Shown: positions 27,810-43,199 of the stretch, one piece after another
Layout of the letters: each line of letters starts with the position of its first letter
Position numbering within the stretch: position 1 is the stretch's first letter
Assembly (NCBI RefSeq): GCF_009914755.1
Contig: NC_060936.1
Length of the DNA stretch: 64,000 bases
From: the human T2T-CHM13v2.0 reference genome, Homo sapiens
Direction: 5' to 3' (one strand)
Made by a program: the position numbers and the translations under genes
Notes under the pieces: model-generated
The model's input: only the letters and a program-made list of their open reading frames with translations
Told to the model about the DNA's origin: nothing
Database searches by the model: none

Positions 27810-28220
27810 ACCTCTTTCTCTCTTCCATTCCCTTCTCCTCTCTCCAGCTGGCCCCACCCAACCCCTGCCACCTCCTTTTGCCAGAAATTTTGCAACTGAT
27901 GAACTTCACCTTGCCTCAAATACACCACAGTCATTTCACACCTCTGTACCTTTGCACATGCTGTTCCCCCTGCCTGGAATGCCCTCTGTCACCCCCTTCT
28001 TCTCTGGCTCAGTGTCTGTTCATTCTAAAGAGGAAATCTGGTGTTAAGCTCTTGGCCCCAGCCCTCATTACCTCTAATACAGGACATAATTCCTGTTATT
28101 ATAAGCTGCTGTTTAATGGATTGATGTCCCTCTGTTTTCCCCATCCTTCGCTGTAGGAGGGCAGTAACAATATAGTGCCTGCCACAGAGAAGGTGCGCAC
28201 CAAAATTGTGAATGAACGAA
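27810..28220 (+). mobile_element. L2 3' fragment
   Basis: CCTTTGCACATGCTGTTCCCCCTGCCTGGAATGCCCT; AGTGCCTGCCACAGAG...TGAATGAA. Confidence 0.75.
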
Positions 28221-28248
28221 CCACATCCCCTCTTGGTGGCTTCCTAGT

Positions 28249-28308
28249 GGCCGGCTGGCACAGTGGCTGATCGTATTGTTAACAAGGCCAAGGTGAGGGT
28301 TTCATTTC
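28249..28308 (+). pseudogene. Degenerate tRNA-Ile-derived relic (MamSINE1 head or old tRNA pseudogene)
   Basis: GGCCGGCTGGCACAGTGGCTGATCGTATTGTTAACAAGGCCAAGGTGAGGGTTTC aligns to tRNA-Ile(AAT) GGCCGGTTAGCTCAGTTGGTTAGAGCGTGGTGCTAATAACGCCAAGGTCGCGGGTTCG. Confidence 0.55.
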
Positions 28309-28573
28309 TTCCTTACATGCTTGGGAACCTACGTCAGGGTAGCTAAAAACTCAAGTGAGCCCTGAAGTTATCTCAGACTCCTGATAACAAACACCCCTGA
28401 TCATTCTGCTTTTCTGTATTTCCTAATTCATTGACAAAGAATACACATGTATACAATTAAAAACAAAGTCTTGATAGATCTGTAAGCACAGAAAGTCTGG
28501 CTGAATTGACTTCAGGAATGAAGGTTCCAATCCCCAAATATAACTAAGAGTCTTTCCTTCTTTGCATCTGCCC

Positions 28574-28900
28574 ACCTGCCTCTCCCTCCTCTGCCCTCAT
28601 ACCAAGGCGCCACACTTATCTGTCCATTATCTGCCCTCCTCCACTTGGCTCACGCTCATTTATCCTTCACGTCCCAGATTAGATCCACCTCCTCCAAGAA
28701 GTCCCCCAGCTTTCCCAGGTGGGTGAGGGGCTGCCTACCTGCCTCTCCCTCCTCTCTCCTCGTACCAAGGCGCCACACTTATCTGTCCATTATCTGCCCT
28801 CCTCCACTTGGCTCACGCTCATTTATCCTTCACGTCCCATATTAGATCCACCTCCTCCAAGAAGTCCCCCTGACTTTCCCAGGCAGGTGAGAGGCTTCCT
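28574..28900. repeat. 163-bp tandem duplication (2 copies) of L2-like sequence
   Basis: ACCAAGGCGCCACACTTATCTGTCC at 28601 and 28764; copies nearly identical. Confidence 0.95.
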
Positions 28901-30261
28901 CCATGCTCCCGCTGTGCACTGCCTCATCCAATCACATCTGTTAGGTCCCCCCACCAGAAGGAGTCCCTCATGTCTTTCTGTGACCTGCCCACAGGTCTTG
29001 CCAACTGCAGGGAATGGGGGTCTCAAATCCAGGCATCTGAAATTATCTCCCAATGTAGTTATTCATACAGTCACCGAAATGCAGCAGTAGGGTCCCAAGC
29101 AGATGACATTTAGCAAACAAGTTTTAATTTCTGCCCTGTCCCAGACTTTGCCAGCTGTAATGCACTATGAATTAATATTTAAAGCGAATCCTGTCACTTT
29201 CTTATGACCAGCATCCTCCTATCCCATTGTTGTGGAAAGGCGTGCAGCACAGCCTCATGAGTGCATTTCAAGGCTTAAAAATATAGCAGCCAGTTTTAAA
29301 ACGCTGTTTTGAAACTCCCTCATTTTTTCGTATACCAGGAGCTTCAGGAAGTGGGAGTGGCCTGGATCTCTTTCAAGCTCCGAGAGGCCCTGTTCTTGGC
29401 TCCTGCTTCCAATTCCTCTCTGACCATTCAAACCTCCCCCCTCCTTCCCCAGGAGCTGCTCTTGATCTTTCCAGTGCCCACAATGGGCATTTGCCTAACA
29501 AAATACAGACCCTGCCCAGGATCGCAAGAGTGGTGGTGCCAGGGCAGGCCTCACCAAGGGTTCGGGACTGCACAGAGTCTTGGCAGAAAGCCCCTTCCTA
29601 CTGGGCAGGATGACTGGAATCTTCCCTGCCCAGGCCTCCTACCTGGCTGAGGCCGCTGAGTCCCTCCAAGGCTCCTCCTTTTCCTCCTCCTCCTTCTTCT
29701 TAGGATCCGGGCAGATCCTGAGGTCACCTCTGCCTGTTCTCCCAGAGGCCTGGCCTTCTCAGGCTCCTGGCAGCCTGGCACTGAGCAGGTCTGACCCCTG
29801 GCCTCAGCGAGCCCTCCCCTTCCAGGGCTCTGGGCTGTGAGAATCAGCCCAGGTGCAACCCATCCCGGGGCCCCGTCACCTGGGCCCAGCTGTCCCCACG
29901 CTCCTGGGCTGCACATGAGGCTTTGGGAGAAAGTGGAGCTGAGACATGGCTCACTCACCCCAAGGCTCGTCCGCCCATCACAGATTCCCAGTCTGAATGG
30001 GTGTCTCCAGGAGGGTTCCAGAAATCCGTGTTTTTAACAGGTATACCAGCAATTCTCACAATTTGGCAAGTTGGGCAATGGTGAAGGAAAATTCTGGGAA
30101 GGAGCCTGGAACCCTTGAACCCTGTGGGCTGGCCCAGGCTGCTAGCTAGACAGAGAAGTGTCAGGAGAGGTGGGTAGTCGGGACCAGCTAGTGAACAGTC
30201 AGCCAGCCAGGCTACAGCCTGGTTGGTTTCCCTGAGTCTTAGACCTACTTGCAATTATACA

Positions 30262-30420
30262 GTTATTTGTTGTTTACTTTATTGCTGTGCCCTCTACTAG
30301 AATGTCAGCCCCGGGAGGCTGGAACTGTGTCTGACTTGTTTGTTGTTCTCTCCCAGGACTAGTACAGTGCCTGGCACATAATAGGTGTTCAATAAATACT
30401 TGTGGAATAAGTGAATGAAT
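30262..30420 (+). mobile_element. L2 3' end
   Basis: ACTAGAATGTCAGCCCC...ACAGTGCCTGGCACATAATAGGTGTTCAATAAATACTTG...TGAATGAAT. Confidence 0.85.
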
Positions 30421-30817
30421 AAAATAATGGATGTGTGAGAGGGTGGACAGACAGGGAGGTGGATAGAGGGATGAATGAGTGAATGGAGGGGTGGAAGGTG
30501 GATGGAGGGAGGGATGGAGGGAGGGATGAATGGATGGGTGGATGGATGGGTGGATGGGTGTATGGAGGGGTGAGTGGATAGAGGGATGGATGGGTGGATG
30601 GATGGATGAGTGGACAGAGGAATGAATGAGTGGAAGGGGGATAGATGGGTGGATGGAGGGGTGGAGGGGTGGATAGAGGGTAGATGGATGGGTGGATGAG
30701 TGGATGGAGGCATGGATGGGTGGATGGAGGGATGGATAGGTGAATGGAGAGGTGGAGGGGTGGGTGGATGGATGAGTGGATAGAGGGATGGATGGGAGGA
30801 TGGGTGGATGGGTGGAT
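30421..30817. repeat. (TGGA)n/(TGGG)n low-complexity array
   Basis: Degenerate GGAT/GGAG/GGGT tetramers; source of the His/Pro/Ser-rich spurious ORFs. Confidence 0.92.
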
Positions 30818-31309
30818 CGAGGCCCTGAGGGGCCCTCGGAGCCTTGAGACTGCCTCCACTCCCTCTGCCAACTTGGCCCAAGTCCCTCCAACTTCCCCAG
30901 CAGCCTGCCACTCCCCTTGTCCATTTCCAGACAAAGAAAATCTATTCAGAGAGAAAAGCTGCCCCTGAGGTCATGCCAGAGAGTTCTGGAGGCCAGGACA
31001 GAGATGTCCTGAGCAGGCCTGGAAACATCAGACCCAAGCTGAAGGGTGGCTGGGGGCCAGGGCTCATTTCAGCCACTGAGGCCCCAGGAACAACCCTACC
31101 CCTGCCTTCCAGCCTGAAAGGTGGGGAGGGTCTGGAGTTTTTTAAAAGTACAAAAATGTACAAAGAATAAAAATAACTCTCCCGCATGGTCCCACCCCAG
31201 CACTAACCTGGGTTAATATTGGGCATGTTTGCATCCAGCTTTTTTCCTAGGCATACGCTTTTTAAAATTACATCATTAGTGTATGAACATATTATCCTCT
31301 AAAATATGA

Positions 31310-31530
31310 CTAGCATTAATTGAATACCTACCCTATGCCAGGAGGTGTTTTATGCATTTTATATAAATTATCTCTTGTCATCCTCACAACCACTCTATGA
31401 TATAGGTATTATCAGTTCCATTCTACAGATGAGGAGACTGAGGTTGGGATGAATGAAGTAACTTGCCTTGGGGCCAGGATCAGAACTCAGGCAATCTGCC
31501 TTCAGAACCCACGCTCTTAACCACTATGCT
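31310..31530 (-). mobile_element. MIR SINE
   Basis: ATCCTCACAACCACTCTATGA...CCATTCTACAGATGAGGAGACTGAGG...GCTCTTAACCACTATGCT. Confidence 0.85.
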
Positions 31531-31877
31531 GGAAAAAATCAGGATATTATAGGTAAAGCTAAAGTCCCTTTTAACTCCCAGCTCTGACTCTGGTGCTCTG
31601 TATCCCCTCCCCAGCAATGGGCACCAAGGGCGGGGCTGAGGGAGTAACCTACCCTGGCTGCAGGTAATAAGGGGCTGGGCTGTTGGTAGAGAAATGTACA
31701 ACAATCACAAAACTGACAAAAGTCAGTCTGCTTTTTCTTATCACCATGCACTGGCTGTTTTAACCAATATCAGGGATCAAATATTTCACCTTGAGAAAGT
31801 ATTCTGTTTGTCTAAATTCTAAACCATTGCTGCATTACTATTAAGTTTTACTAATAAGCTTCAAATTAGTACACTTA

Positions 31878-32325
31878 AAAAACTGATACATAATATTTGT
31901 GCATATGTATGGGGTACATATGATATTTTGTTACGTGCATAGAATGTGTAATATCAAGCCATGGTATTTAGGGTACCGATCACCTAGAGTATTTATCATT
32001 TCTGTGTGTTGAGAACAGTTCAATTCCTCTCTTCTAGCTATTTTGAAATACACAATACATTGCTGTTAACTATCGTCGCCCCACTCTGCTATCGAACATT
32101 AGAACTTATTCCTTCTATTGGACTGTATGTTACTATCTCACCAACGTCTCTTCACCTCTCCGACTCACACATCATTCCCAGCCTTTAATAACCATCATTC
32201 CACTCTCTACCTCCACAAGATCAACTTTTTTAGCTCCTACATGTGAGTGATAACATGCGATATATGTCTTTCTGTGCCTGGCTTATTTCACGTAACATAA
32301 TGACCTCTAGTTCAATTCATATTAC
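31878..32325 (-). mobile_element. L1MA (L1MA2/3-like) 3' fragment
   Basis: CTCTTCTAGCTATTTTGAAATACACAATAC, GATCAACTTTTTTAGCTCC, TCTTTCTGTGCCTGGCTTATTTCAC. Confidence 0.85.
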
Positions 32326-32353
32326 TTAATTAGCACATTTTTATTAGTTATTC

Positions 32354-32695
<342 letters not shown>

Positions 32696-33292
32696 TGAAT
32701 TCAGAGAACCCCCTGGTTATACACAGGCAGACTCAACATGCAATTATTTCAGAAGTTGGAAAGTTCAGAACCGTTTGGAATCGTTCGAAGTCACTGAGGG
32801 CCCAGTCTGTGTCTTCAACCTCTGGAATAATATATCTTCCTTTGTTTAAACAATAGATTCAACATAAACAGTGATTATAGACACAAGGAAGTAGCGCTTG
32901 AGTTAATTCTGTCATTCTTTGCCACCACTGGGAATGCTGTTTAACATTTATTTCTGATTAAAATTTAAAATTGGTGAAATGGGGTACAAGCTGTGAGGTT
33001 TTTTGTTTTTTTTTTTTTTTTTTTTTTTTTACTTTCAACCAACTCCAAAGAAATTTTTTGGGTTTGTTGTTAGGCACAAATTTATAGTTTACACACCGTC
33101 TATTTTACTGCATTTGAATATAACTTTAACACAGAAATGTATTATTTTTAAATAATTGGGTTTAAAACCAAAGAACAAGAAACTGTGAAAAGACTACTTA
33201 TTATCAGAGGATTATTACTGAAAATAATTTTGTCATAGAGAGGAGGGGAGGGTTAAAAAATGATCCTCTCCAGGTGTCCTCCAATGTCACTG

Positions 33293-33660
33293 TTTCCCAG
33301 AGGTAATCTACGCTGTAAGTTTCCTGTGTATCTTTCCAAGCTTGCTTTCTACTGATACATATGAATATATGCACCAGGGTAGTATAGATAGCCTCATTTT
33401 GTAGCTGGACAAATGTTCAAGTATATCTACATATTATCACCTTTTAACCTTATTCTACTGCCTCCTTTTCTCACTCCACAGGATGTGTTTGAGATCGGGT
33501 CATGTGGATACTTATAGATCTAGCTCTTTCTTTTAACTTGCCATATGCATGATAGAGACCACATTTTACTTATTTGCTCCTGGATGGGCACTCAGGCTAT
33601 TTCCGGTTCTTCACTGTTACAATGTGTCCCTGGGGTAGGGTTTCTCTACACATGGAAAGG
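33293..33660 (-). mobile_element. Old L1ME fragment (continues from ~31130-31610)
   Basis: CCCAGAGGTAA, TTTGAGATC...CATGT...TATAGATCTAGCTC, GATGGGCACTCAGGCTATTTCC. Confidence 0.6.
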
Positions 33661-33919
33661 TCAGAGGCAGACATAGTTCTCAGCTTAATAGATCCCATCA
33701 GGCGCCCTCCTGAAGGCCATCCCAACCTGCAGCTTCTCTCGCTCTGGGGTTATTTTCACCCCTGTCCTTTTCCACGATGGCCCAGGGCCAGGCCAGACCC
33801 AGGATGCCTTTCTCAACTCCGGTGGCACCTCCGGCAGATCCCGTGACCCTCACATGTGGCTATCAGTAACCCTATGCCATGAGCCCTGGGATCTGTGCTA
33901 TTTAGGTAATTATGCATGC

Positions 33920-33987
33920 ATGTGTGTGTGTGTGTGGGCATGCACACACACATACACACATAAACACACACACACACACACACACAC
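33920..33987. repeat. Adjacent (TG)n and (CA)n tracts forming a 42-bp near-palindrome
   Basis: 33920-33940 pairs with 33941-33961 at 19 of 21 positions. Confidence 0.85.
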
Positions 33988-34344
33988 GCTGCATCCGTTG
34001 TTCTCTCCATGCCAATGGGAGAATTCCAGGCCTGATCATATTACCCTGATCTGTATTTCCTGGGCTGGCAACTAGAGCTGGGGATACCAGGGGCTGTTCC
34101 CACTGTCTGTCTACACACGTAGTTTTTCCTCTTTCCAAAAGCATTCCCTTGGCCATTGCCCCAGCCTGGGAGGTACGCCAGGCATGGCTGATTCTCCTCT
34201 TCCTTTTATGTAAGTGTCTATCTCCCCAACTAGCCTGTGATATTCTTGAGGGTAGGGAAAGCATCTTGCTCACCAGGTCCCCAGAACTTGGCACAAAGGA
34301 GGTTCTGGGTCATTGGATAATTAACAATTGATCAATGAAACACT

Positions 34345-34590
34345 TACAGCTGCTCTTTGTGGGGCCCTTATTCTGTTGGGCACCATACTTTTTGTGTATT
34401 TTCTCATTTAATTCTTACACGGCCTTATGAATAGAAGGCTTTATACGCTGTTACAATTCTTGTGAGGTAGTAAAATAGTGCTTATTTTGTGGTTGGGAAA
34501 ACCAAGGCTCAGAGAGCTTATGAATTTTGCTCAAGGTCACATAGCAAGTACCTCTGTGGACAGGATTTGAACTAGCATGTGCCTAACTCC
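34345..34590 (-). mobile_element. MIR SINE
   Basis: TCTCATTTAATTCTTACAC...GGAAAACCAAGGCTCAGAGAG...CAAGGTCACATAGC...CAGGATTTGAAC. Confidence 0.75.
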
Positions 34591-34709
34591 CGCTGGTGAC
34601 TAGGTGAAGTTTGGGAGTTCAGAGGTAAGATGGGCATCATTTTAAACCCCAATTCCTCAGCCCTAATTGAAAGCCTTAGACCACCACCAACTCTGGCCGG
34701 GATGATGGT

Positions 34710-35600
<891 letters not shown>

Positions 35601-36328
35601 AGTAAAAAATTAAACTCCTGGGCATGAGTCCAGGAAAGTGAAGCTGGGTGAGCTTGGGTAGTTTAGTTCAATCCTTTCCATCTCGCCTATCCCTGCCCCC
35701 TAAATCCTAGAAATGCTGCTGCAAGCCCATTCTCTTAGGTCCCAGTGACCCAGCGGCCCCTCCTTCCTCCTCCTCTTCCTGGCTCACGGCCTCCAGCATT
35801 TTACTGCCTCTCCCTACCCCCAACTGCCGCTTGGTTTCTTACTGAAAGGAGGGTCTTGTTCTTGTTACCAAGGTATAGCCTCGATCTGGGGTTCAACATC
35901 ACCCGACGGTCCACCATGGGGATAGCTCTTGTCTCAGCTGAGGGGGATGATAGCTCTAGATCTAGATTGTGGTTGGGGAAACCAGGGCTCAGAGAGCTTA
36001 AGCGTTTTGCCCAAGGCCACACAGCAGGTTCCTCCATGGCCACGATTTGAACTGGGGTGTTCTCCAACAGTGATGTACACACCGGCCACGTGGGGGTCTT
36101 GCTCACAGGCAGAGTCTGACTCAGTGAGTCTGGGGCAGGGCCTGAGCTCTGTGTTTCTAGCCAATTCCCAGGTGATGCCGATGCTGTGAGTCTATGGCTC
36201 CTGCTTCAGGAGCAAGGCACCAGCTAAGTGCTTTTCAAATGTAGCAACAAAGCCCCCTTTTTCAAATGCAGTCCTATGCCCTATGTGTCTGAGGAATGCC
36301 AATTATTCTGATCTTAAGATCCCTGGTA

Positions 36329-36422
36329 GGCTGCAGCGAGCCCACACTCCAGCCTGGGCAACACAGAGAGACCCTGTCGAAACAAAAACAAAAACAAACA
36401 AAACAAAACAAAACAAAACAAC
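36329..36422 (+). mobile_element. Alu 3' fragment with (CAAAA)n tail
   Basis: CACTCCAGCCTGGGCAACACAGAGAGACCCTGTC followed by the tail. Confidence 0.8.
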
Positions 36423-36540
36423 ACCTTGTAATCTTCTTTAAAAGTCTGTGTAATGAAAAGGAACTCCCTAAAATCAACACACATTTATTGAGAACTTACT
36501 ATGTCCCAGACCAGCCAGGCAGGCCCATGTCCGTGACTTC

Positions 36541-36998
36541 TGACTTAGTTTCCCAGGACTGTCCCAACACATTGCCACAAACTTTGTGGCTTAAAACAAC
36601 AGACACTTATTCTCTAAGAGTTTGGAGGCCAGAAGTCCTCAACCAACGTGTTGGCAGGGCCAGGCTCCCCGCAAAGGCTCACGGGAGAATCCATCCCATG
36701 CCTCTCCTAGCTTCTGGTGGTTGCCAGCAAGCCTTGGAGTTCCTTGGCTTGTAAATGCATCAGTTCAATCTCTGATTTCATATTCACATTCCGTTCTTCT
36801 CTGTGTCCTAAATTTTCTTCTCCTTTCTCATAAGGATACCAGTCATGGGATTTAGGGGCTACCCTTAGTCCAGATAATCTCATCCCAAATCCCTGACTTA
36901 ATCACATCTGCGAAGACCCTATTTTCAAATAAGGTCATATTCACAGGCGCCAGGCATTAGATGCATCTATTTTGAGGACACTGTTCAACCCATTTACA
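36541..36998 (-). mobile_element. MLT1C-like MaLR solo LTR
   Basis: GTGGCTTAAAACAACAGA, GGAGGCCAGAAGTCC, AGCTTCTGGTGGTTGCCAGCAA, TTAATCACATCTGCGAAGACCCTATTTTCAAATAAGGTCA. Confidence 0.85.
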
Positions 36999-37008
36999 GC
37001 CTCTCTTA

Positions 37009-37410
<402 letters not shown>

Positions 37411-38640
37411 TCACCAGGAGACCCCAACAGTAGTGGGTCCAGGTCACACCAGCCTTCCCTCTCTACTCCCCACCCCTCAGTGCTGATTACATCATCTCAT
37501 GTCCTGGCAGTTTCCTACAGAATCAAATATCACTGACAGGGCTGCAGGCTCCTGGATAGTAGAGCCTGGGACCTTGGAATGACTTGGTTTCCAACTTTGA
37601 ACTTTTCTGCGGTCCAAGACCAGGCCAAGAAGAGCCGGACTGCCCCCCTGAGGGTCCAGCTGCATGTTGAGCAGGTGGTTCTGGAGTCAGGGCTTAAGGC
37701 TAGGGTGGTGATTGGGAGACACAACATTCCTTGCTACCTGGGGCGGGTGTCAAAGGTTTGCACACCTCCAGCATCAGCATCAGCAGTCAGGATGCAGAGA
37801 CTGGTCACTGCTCAACCTCCCCCGCCGCCCCCCACAACAAACCTGAGAAAATCCCTTCTTCATTTTCTGGCATTAGGCTGGACCACTGCTGGCTAATTTG
37901 AGCACTGGGAGATAAGGACCGTAAGGAAGCACCCCTTGTCCACCGGCCTCCTTTTGCTTTATTCTTTCATGTTAGTTGCCCACGCCCTCCATGCGCCAGG
38001 CACCAGGAGAGATCTGATGGCAACCATAGGCTTCAGAAAGAGGACTGGCGATTTTCAGACCCAATCTTAGGTATGGATCTTCTTGAAATTCCAGGGCACT
38101 CTTTCCTCCTTGGAGTGTCCTGGTGCAGGGTCTCTCTAAAAATGGTGGCTACAATGCCACCTGCCACCTGTGATGCCTGCTTGACTTGATTTCACAGGGG
38201 ACACCAGTTGTTGTCCATCTTCCCACGTGGGAAAATTACACAGAAAAGTCAAGCTGACCTTCCTGATATCCCTCTGTGGTGGACCTAGGCCAAATCACAA
38301 ATTGGTTTAGGACTTGCAGTTGGTGAAGGACTGAGAGTTCAGGGCACACACATTTGTCCTTTGGACTCTGCCACATCCCTCTCCAGAGGTGGGAGAGGCA
38401 GAGGCTGGGCTTCAGGTATCACCCTTCCCCCAGCTGCCTCCAGGATATGAAGAAGAAGGGACCCTCTTCCACAGCATGGCCATGTCCAACTCTGAAAGTA
38501 GCTCTTACATCTTTCTTTCTGGCCACAGTTTTCAGAACTACTTTTAAGAGATTAGTGGGGAGGGAGGGTGGTCAGGAAGCTACAGCTCAAACCCACTTAC
38601 CCAGAAACCTCTTGGAAACTTCCCAGCTCACCTTCTGTGC

Positions 38641-38957
38641 CAGACCATCTGCCAAGGATGGTCTGCAGCCCCCTGCATCACAATCACCCAAGGACCTGGT
38701 GAAATGCAGATTCCAAGGCCCCACCCAGATCTTCTGAATCAGAATCACGAGCCTGTGACCTGTGCAGCTGCTGTTGCTGTCCTGAAATTCTTATTAGTTT
38801 TTGAACTAATTTTCATTTTGCATGGGGCCCTGAAAATTATGTAGCCCATCCTGATTAGAATCTCTGGAAGTGGGGATCAGAAAGCTCCTTATTTTTTTTA
38901 AAAAAAAACTAGGCCTCCGGGTGAATCTGATGCATGCCAAAATTTAAGAGCTACTGC
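38641..38957 (+). mobile_element. MER5-type element with a nested MER45A-like MITE (~38746-38853)
   Basis: AAATGCAGATTCCAAGGCCCCACCCAGA...TGAATCAGAAT [TGACCTGTGCAG...TGAAATTCTTA...AATTATGTAGCCCATCCTG] ATTAGAATCTCTGG...TCTGATGCA. Confidence 0.7.
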
Positions 38958-39213
38958 TCTGCGGAACCTACAGTAGGCAAAAAAGGAGGTTTAAAATTCT
39001 CCCATTGAAAAAGGTAAAATAAATTGAACACCGTTGTGTTTTTGTTTTTTTTTTCCCCCAAAACTTCCAACAGCTTCCTTTTGCCCACCTGTCCCTGGTT
39101 ATTCAACTCCCTGGTCTGTGGCAGGGGCAGTGGCCATATATATATTATATATTGTCTTTCATATAAAGGAATCAGCCTCAAAATGCCCAAGTACTTCATG
39201 CTCCACTTATTTG

Positions 39214-39362
39214 AAGAGAGGGAAGGTAGAGAGGAAGGAGGAAGGGGAGGAGGGAGAGGAGGGGGAAAGGGAAGGAGAGAAAGGGGAGGAGGGAGAGGAG
39301 GGGGAGAGGGAAGGAGAGAAAGGGGAGGAGGGAGAGGAGAAGAGGAAGGAGGGGGAGAGGAA
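39214..39362. repeat. Polypurine (GGA/GAA) tract with an internal ~39-bp duplication
   Basis: Almost pure G/A; AGGGAAGGAGAGAAAGGGGAGGAGGGAGAGGAG occurs twice. Confidence 0.9.
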
Positions 39363-39382
39363 CCACAGCAGAGTTCTAGTGA

Positions 39383-40154
<772 letters not shown>

Positions 40155-40449
40155 TGTACATTCATTTATAATCACATTCTCTCCCCTCTCCAATCCTCCT
40201 TTCTCCTTATCTCCTTATCTAGCTCTTGACCACTTAAGGAAGGGATGACAGATTCTAAGGCCATTCTTATACATTCCTGAATTGCTGTGAAGTCCCCTCT
40301 TGTTATGGGTTGAATTCTGTCCCCATAACAAGATCTCACTGGGGAGTCCTACCATATCCAATGGCTTCTGATCTAGCCCCATGAGCCATCTTACTACGTT
40401 TACCTCTGGGTGTGAGTGACAACTGGCCCTAAGTAGAATCCCCTCACGT

Positions 40450-40580
40450 TAAGACCATGACTTCTAGAATTAAATGGACCCAGGTTCAAATCCTGGCTGT
40501 GCCACTTACGGAATGACCCTGAGAGTAACTTCACCTCTCTGAGCCTCAGGGTCTTCATCTGTAAAATGGGGATTATAGGG
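40450..40580 (+). mobile_element. MIR SINE fragment
   Basis: GGTTCAAATCCTGGCT...CTTCACCTCTCTGAGCCTCAG...CATCTGTAAAATGGGGAT. Confidence 0.8.
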
Positions 40581-40599
40581 GGGATTGCCTCATCTTTTC

Positions 40600-41360
<761 letters not shown>

Positions 41361-41869
41361 AAAAATCGAAGGGATGGGAAAAATGCTAATATATAGAGAT
41401 GGCTTAGCATAGTACCAGAAACACAGGAAATGTCCATGCAATGGTGATGGTTTTTTTTTTTTAAATCAATTCACAGATAATTTAGAGCATTTTCTTGCTT
41501 GTCCATAGAGAGGCTTTCAAACCAGAGCATCCATGTTGCCCTTGGTTTCCAAAATCCAAGATCACTCAAATGTTAGTACGAACAACTGCATGATTCCAAT
41601 TTTAGCCCTAAGACCAGGAGGTCTGACCCTGGGCCCGCAGAGGTCTGCAAACCTCCTCTGCAAGATGCGAGAAACAATTCAGGGTATATGTGTGTTTTTC
41701 TGCAGAGAAAGGCTTTCACTGTTACCAGATACTCAAAGGGATTCTCCATCCACAAAAGGATCAGCTTGTGAGGATGATGTGAGCAGACTGCTTATGTCCA
41801 GGAGCCAGGAGAAGGGACCCACTCTTTACTGACCCTCCTAAGTGGCAGGCTGACATACACTATCCCCAT

Positions 41870-42060
41870 ACTAACAACAATCAGACAATGTAGGCATCAT
41901 TGCTCCCATTTTCTAGATGAGGAAACTGAGGCTTGGAGAGTTCAAATTAGGAGACAGACACTGAGCTCTATCACTTACCCTACAGCTGGTACAGGGCTGG
42001 GATTTCAGCTTGTGTCTATGTGATCCCAAGCTGGGTCCTGTCCTTGGTGCCATGCAGCCT
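41870..42060 (-). mobile_element. MIR SINE
   Basis: CCCATTTTCTAGATGAGGAAACTGAGGCT. Confidence 0.75.
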
Positions 42061-42354
42061 CTGGGGAATGGAGTGAGGTGATCTAGCCAGGAAATGCATA
42101 CCCTGTCTTCTGTCAGAGCCCTCAGGAGACCAGGCTTTGAAGTTTCAGAGACCATGAGACAATCCCTCTTTAAATCTATGAGTATCTACTCTCAAGTACA
42201 CAGAATGTCCCACCCAAACTCTGATACCCCCTCCTGGGTAAAGTCTCCACCTTTCCTTGAAGAAGAGTCCATTTCTCTCTCTTCCATGTTCCTCTGGTAC
42301 GTGGCTTATACCCATCTTGCTTCCTCTCTCATGGTCTGGCTGTGTGCTATGTCA

Positions 42355-42510
42355 GAGGCCATGGAGTGGTTAAAAACCTGGGTCTTGGAGGCAGGTGGAG
42401 TTCTGGCTCTGCCACTTATCAGCTATGTGACCTTGAATTATTCACTTAACCCCTCTGAGCCTCACTTTCTACACTTATGAAATGAAGCTAATAGGACCTA
42501 CCTCACAAGA
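42355..42510 (+). mobile_element. MIR SINE
   Basis: GGCTCTGCCACTTATCAGCTATGTGACCTTG...CTTAACCCCTCTGAGCCTCA. Confidence 0.8.
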
Positions 42511-42891
42511 TAGGGTATGATATTTTTCTCTTGTACTCTGTATCAGGGGCATCCTCTCTTCATTCTCCATCTACGTCCTATTCTCCTATTAGTTAGAACT
42601 TAATAAATGGCAGCAGTGATCTCAGCTATTGTCATTGTGTTATTATTAGCTGAGTGCACATTTACATCCACCACTTCCCCCAGACCCTAAGCTCCCGGAA
42701 GGGAGTGATTTTTCATTTCCATATCTCTAGCACCTGCCATAGTTGCTGGAGCATAATATATCCTTAGGAAATGTTTGTTGCTGAATAAGAAATTCAAAAA
42801 AGTCCCGCTTACACAATTGATAATATACATGTAACATTCAGAGCTCCAAATCTGCTCCAAAAAAGTACAAGTTCCAGGAAGTTTCAGAGAC

Positions 42892-43199
<308 letters not shown>

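Noticed and set aside
28249-28320. Functional tRNA gene
   Set aside because: A and B boxes are degenerate and there is no pairing 3' acceptor stem.
30274-30934. Long His/Pro/Ser-rich ORFs (216, 204 and 181 aa); similar ones at 16830-17318 and 52452-53025
   Set aside because: Translations of (CCAT)n repeats, which lack stops and are open in several frames.
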